Origin: Bacteroidales bacterium
GTDB lineage: Bacteria; Bacteroidota; Bacteroidia; Bacteroidales; UBA7960
NCBI GenBank assembly: GCA_003567205.1
Contig: PXAA01000066.1
Coordinates: 1 to 41,739 of the forward strand
Reading direction: 5' to 3'
DNA length: 41,739 bases
Shown: positions 41,655 through 41,739 of the stretch, piece by piece
How the letters are laid out: the number at the start of each line of letters is the position of its first letter
Numbering within the stretch: position 1 is the first letter of the stretch
Notes under the pieces: model-generated
What the model was told of the DNA's origin: nothing
The model's input: only the letters and a program-made list of their open reading frames with translations
Database searches by the model: none
Position numbers and translations under genes: made by a program

Positions 41655-41739
41655 ACCTGGCACTCTTCTCCCCGATACTTTTTGGCTAAACCAGACAGGC
41701 TTTGTATTAGGGTTCAGGGTCTGACCCGCCACGGGTGAA

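Noticed and set aside
41655-41739. Possible 3' end of a minus-strand gene, or a terminator after rho
   Set aside because: Too short to assign a frame, and no convincing hairpin plus U-tract.

Overview
Core-genome segment of a Bacteroidota (Bacteroidales-like) chromosome. The assignment rests on a T9SS C-terminal domain, many TAnnTTTG -7 promoter elements, a btuB/btuG pair and the serC-serA(IIIK)-DUF1015 operon. Contents from left to right: a T9SS-secreted protein running off the left edge (missed by the ORF track), rocD, a decayed ArsM-like methyltransferase relic, a cobalamin riboswitch controlling btuB-btuG, DUF6452/DUF6048, a tandem USP, ligA, a LolD-like ATPase, an EEP hydrolase, an FAD/Fe-S oxidoreductase, rpsA with repeat-rich extensions, lon, a GlmU-like protein, rpmE2, DUF1015-serA-serC, a LuxC-like reductase, a signal-peptide-bearing Pcm coupled to a membrane SpeE-like protein, TrmH, proline dehydrogenase, a second USP, AbgT, a TIGR01212 radical SAM protein, an SSS-GNAT-racemase operon, DUF4293 and rho with a long insertion. 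I saw no mobile element, CRISPR array, tRNA or rRNA. The best candidates for uncharacterised systems are (i) exported Pcm plus the membrane SAM-fold protein, (ii) Na+/solute symporter plus GNAT plus Orr-like racemase, and (iii) DUF1015 as a ParB/SerK-like substitute for SerB. All family assignments come from recognising motifs by eye, not from database searches.
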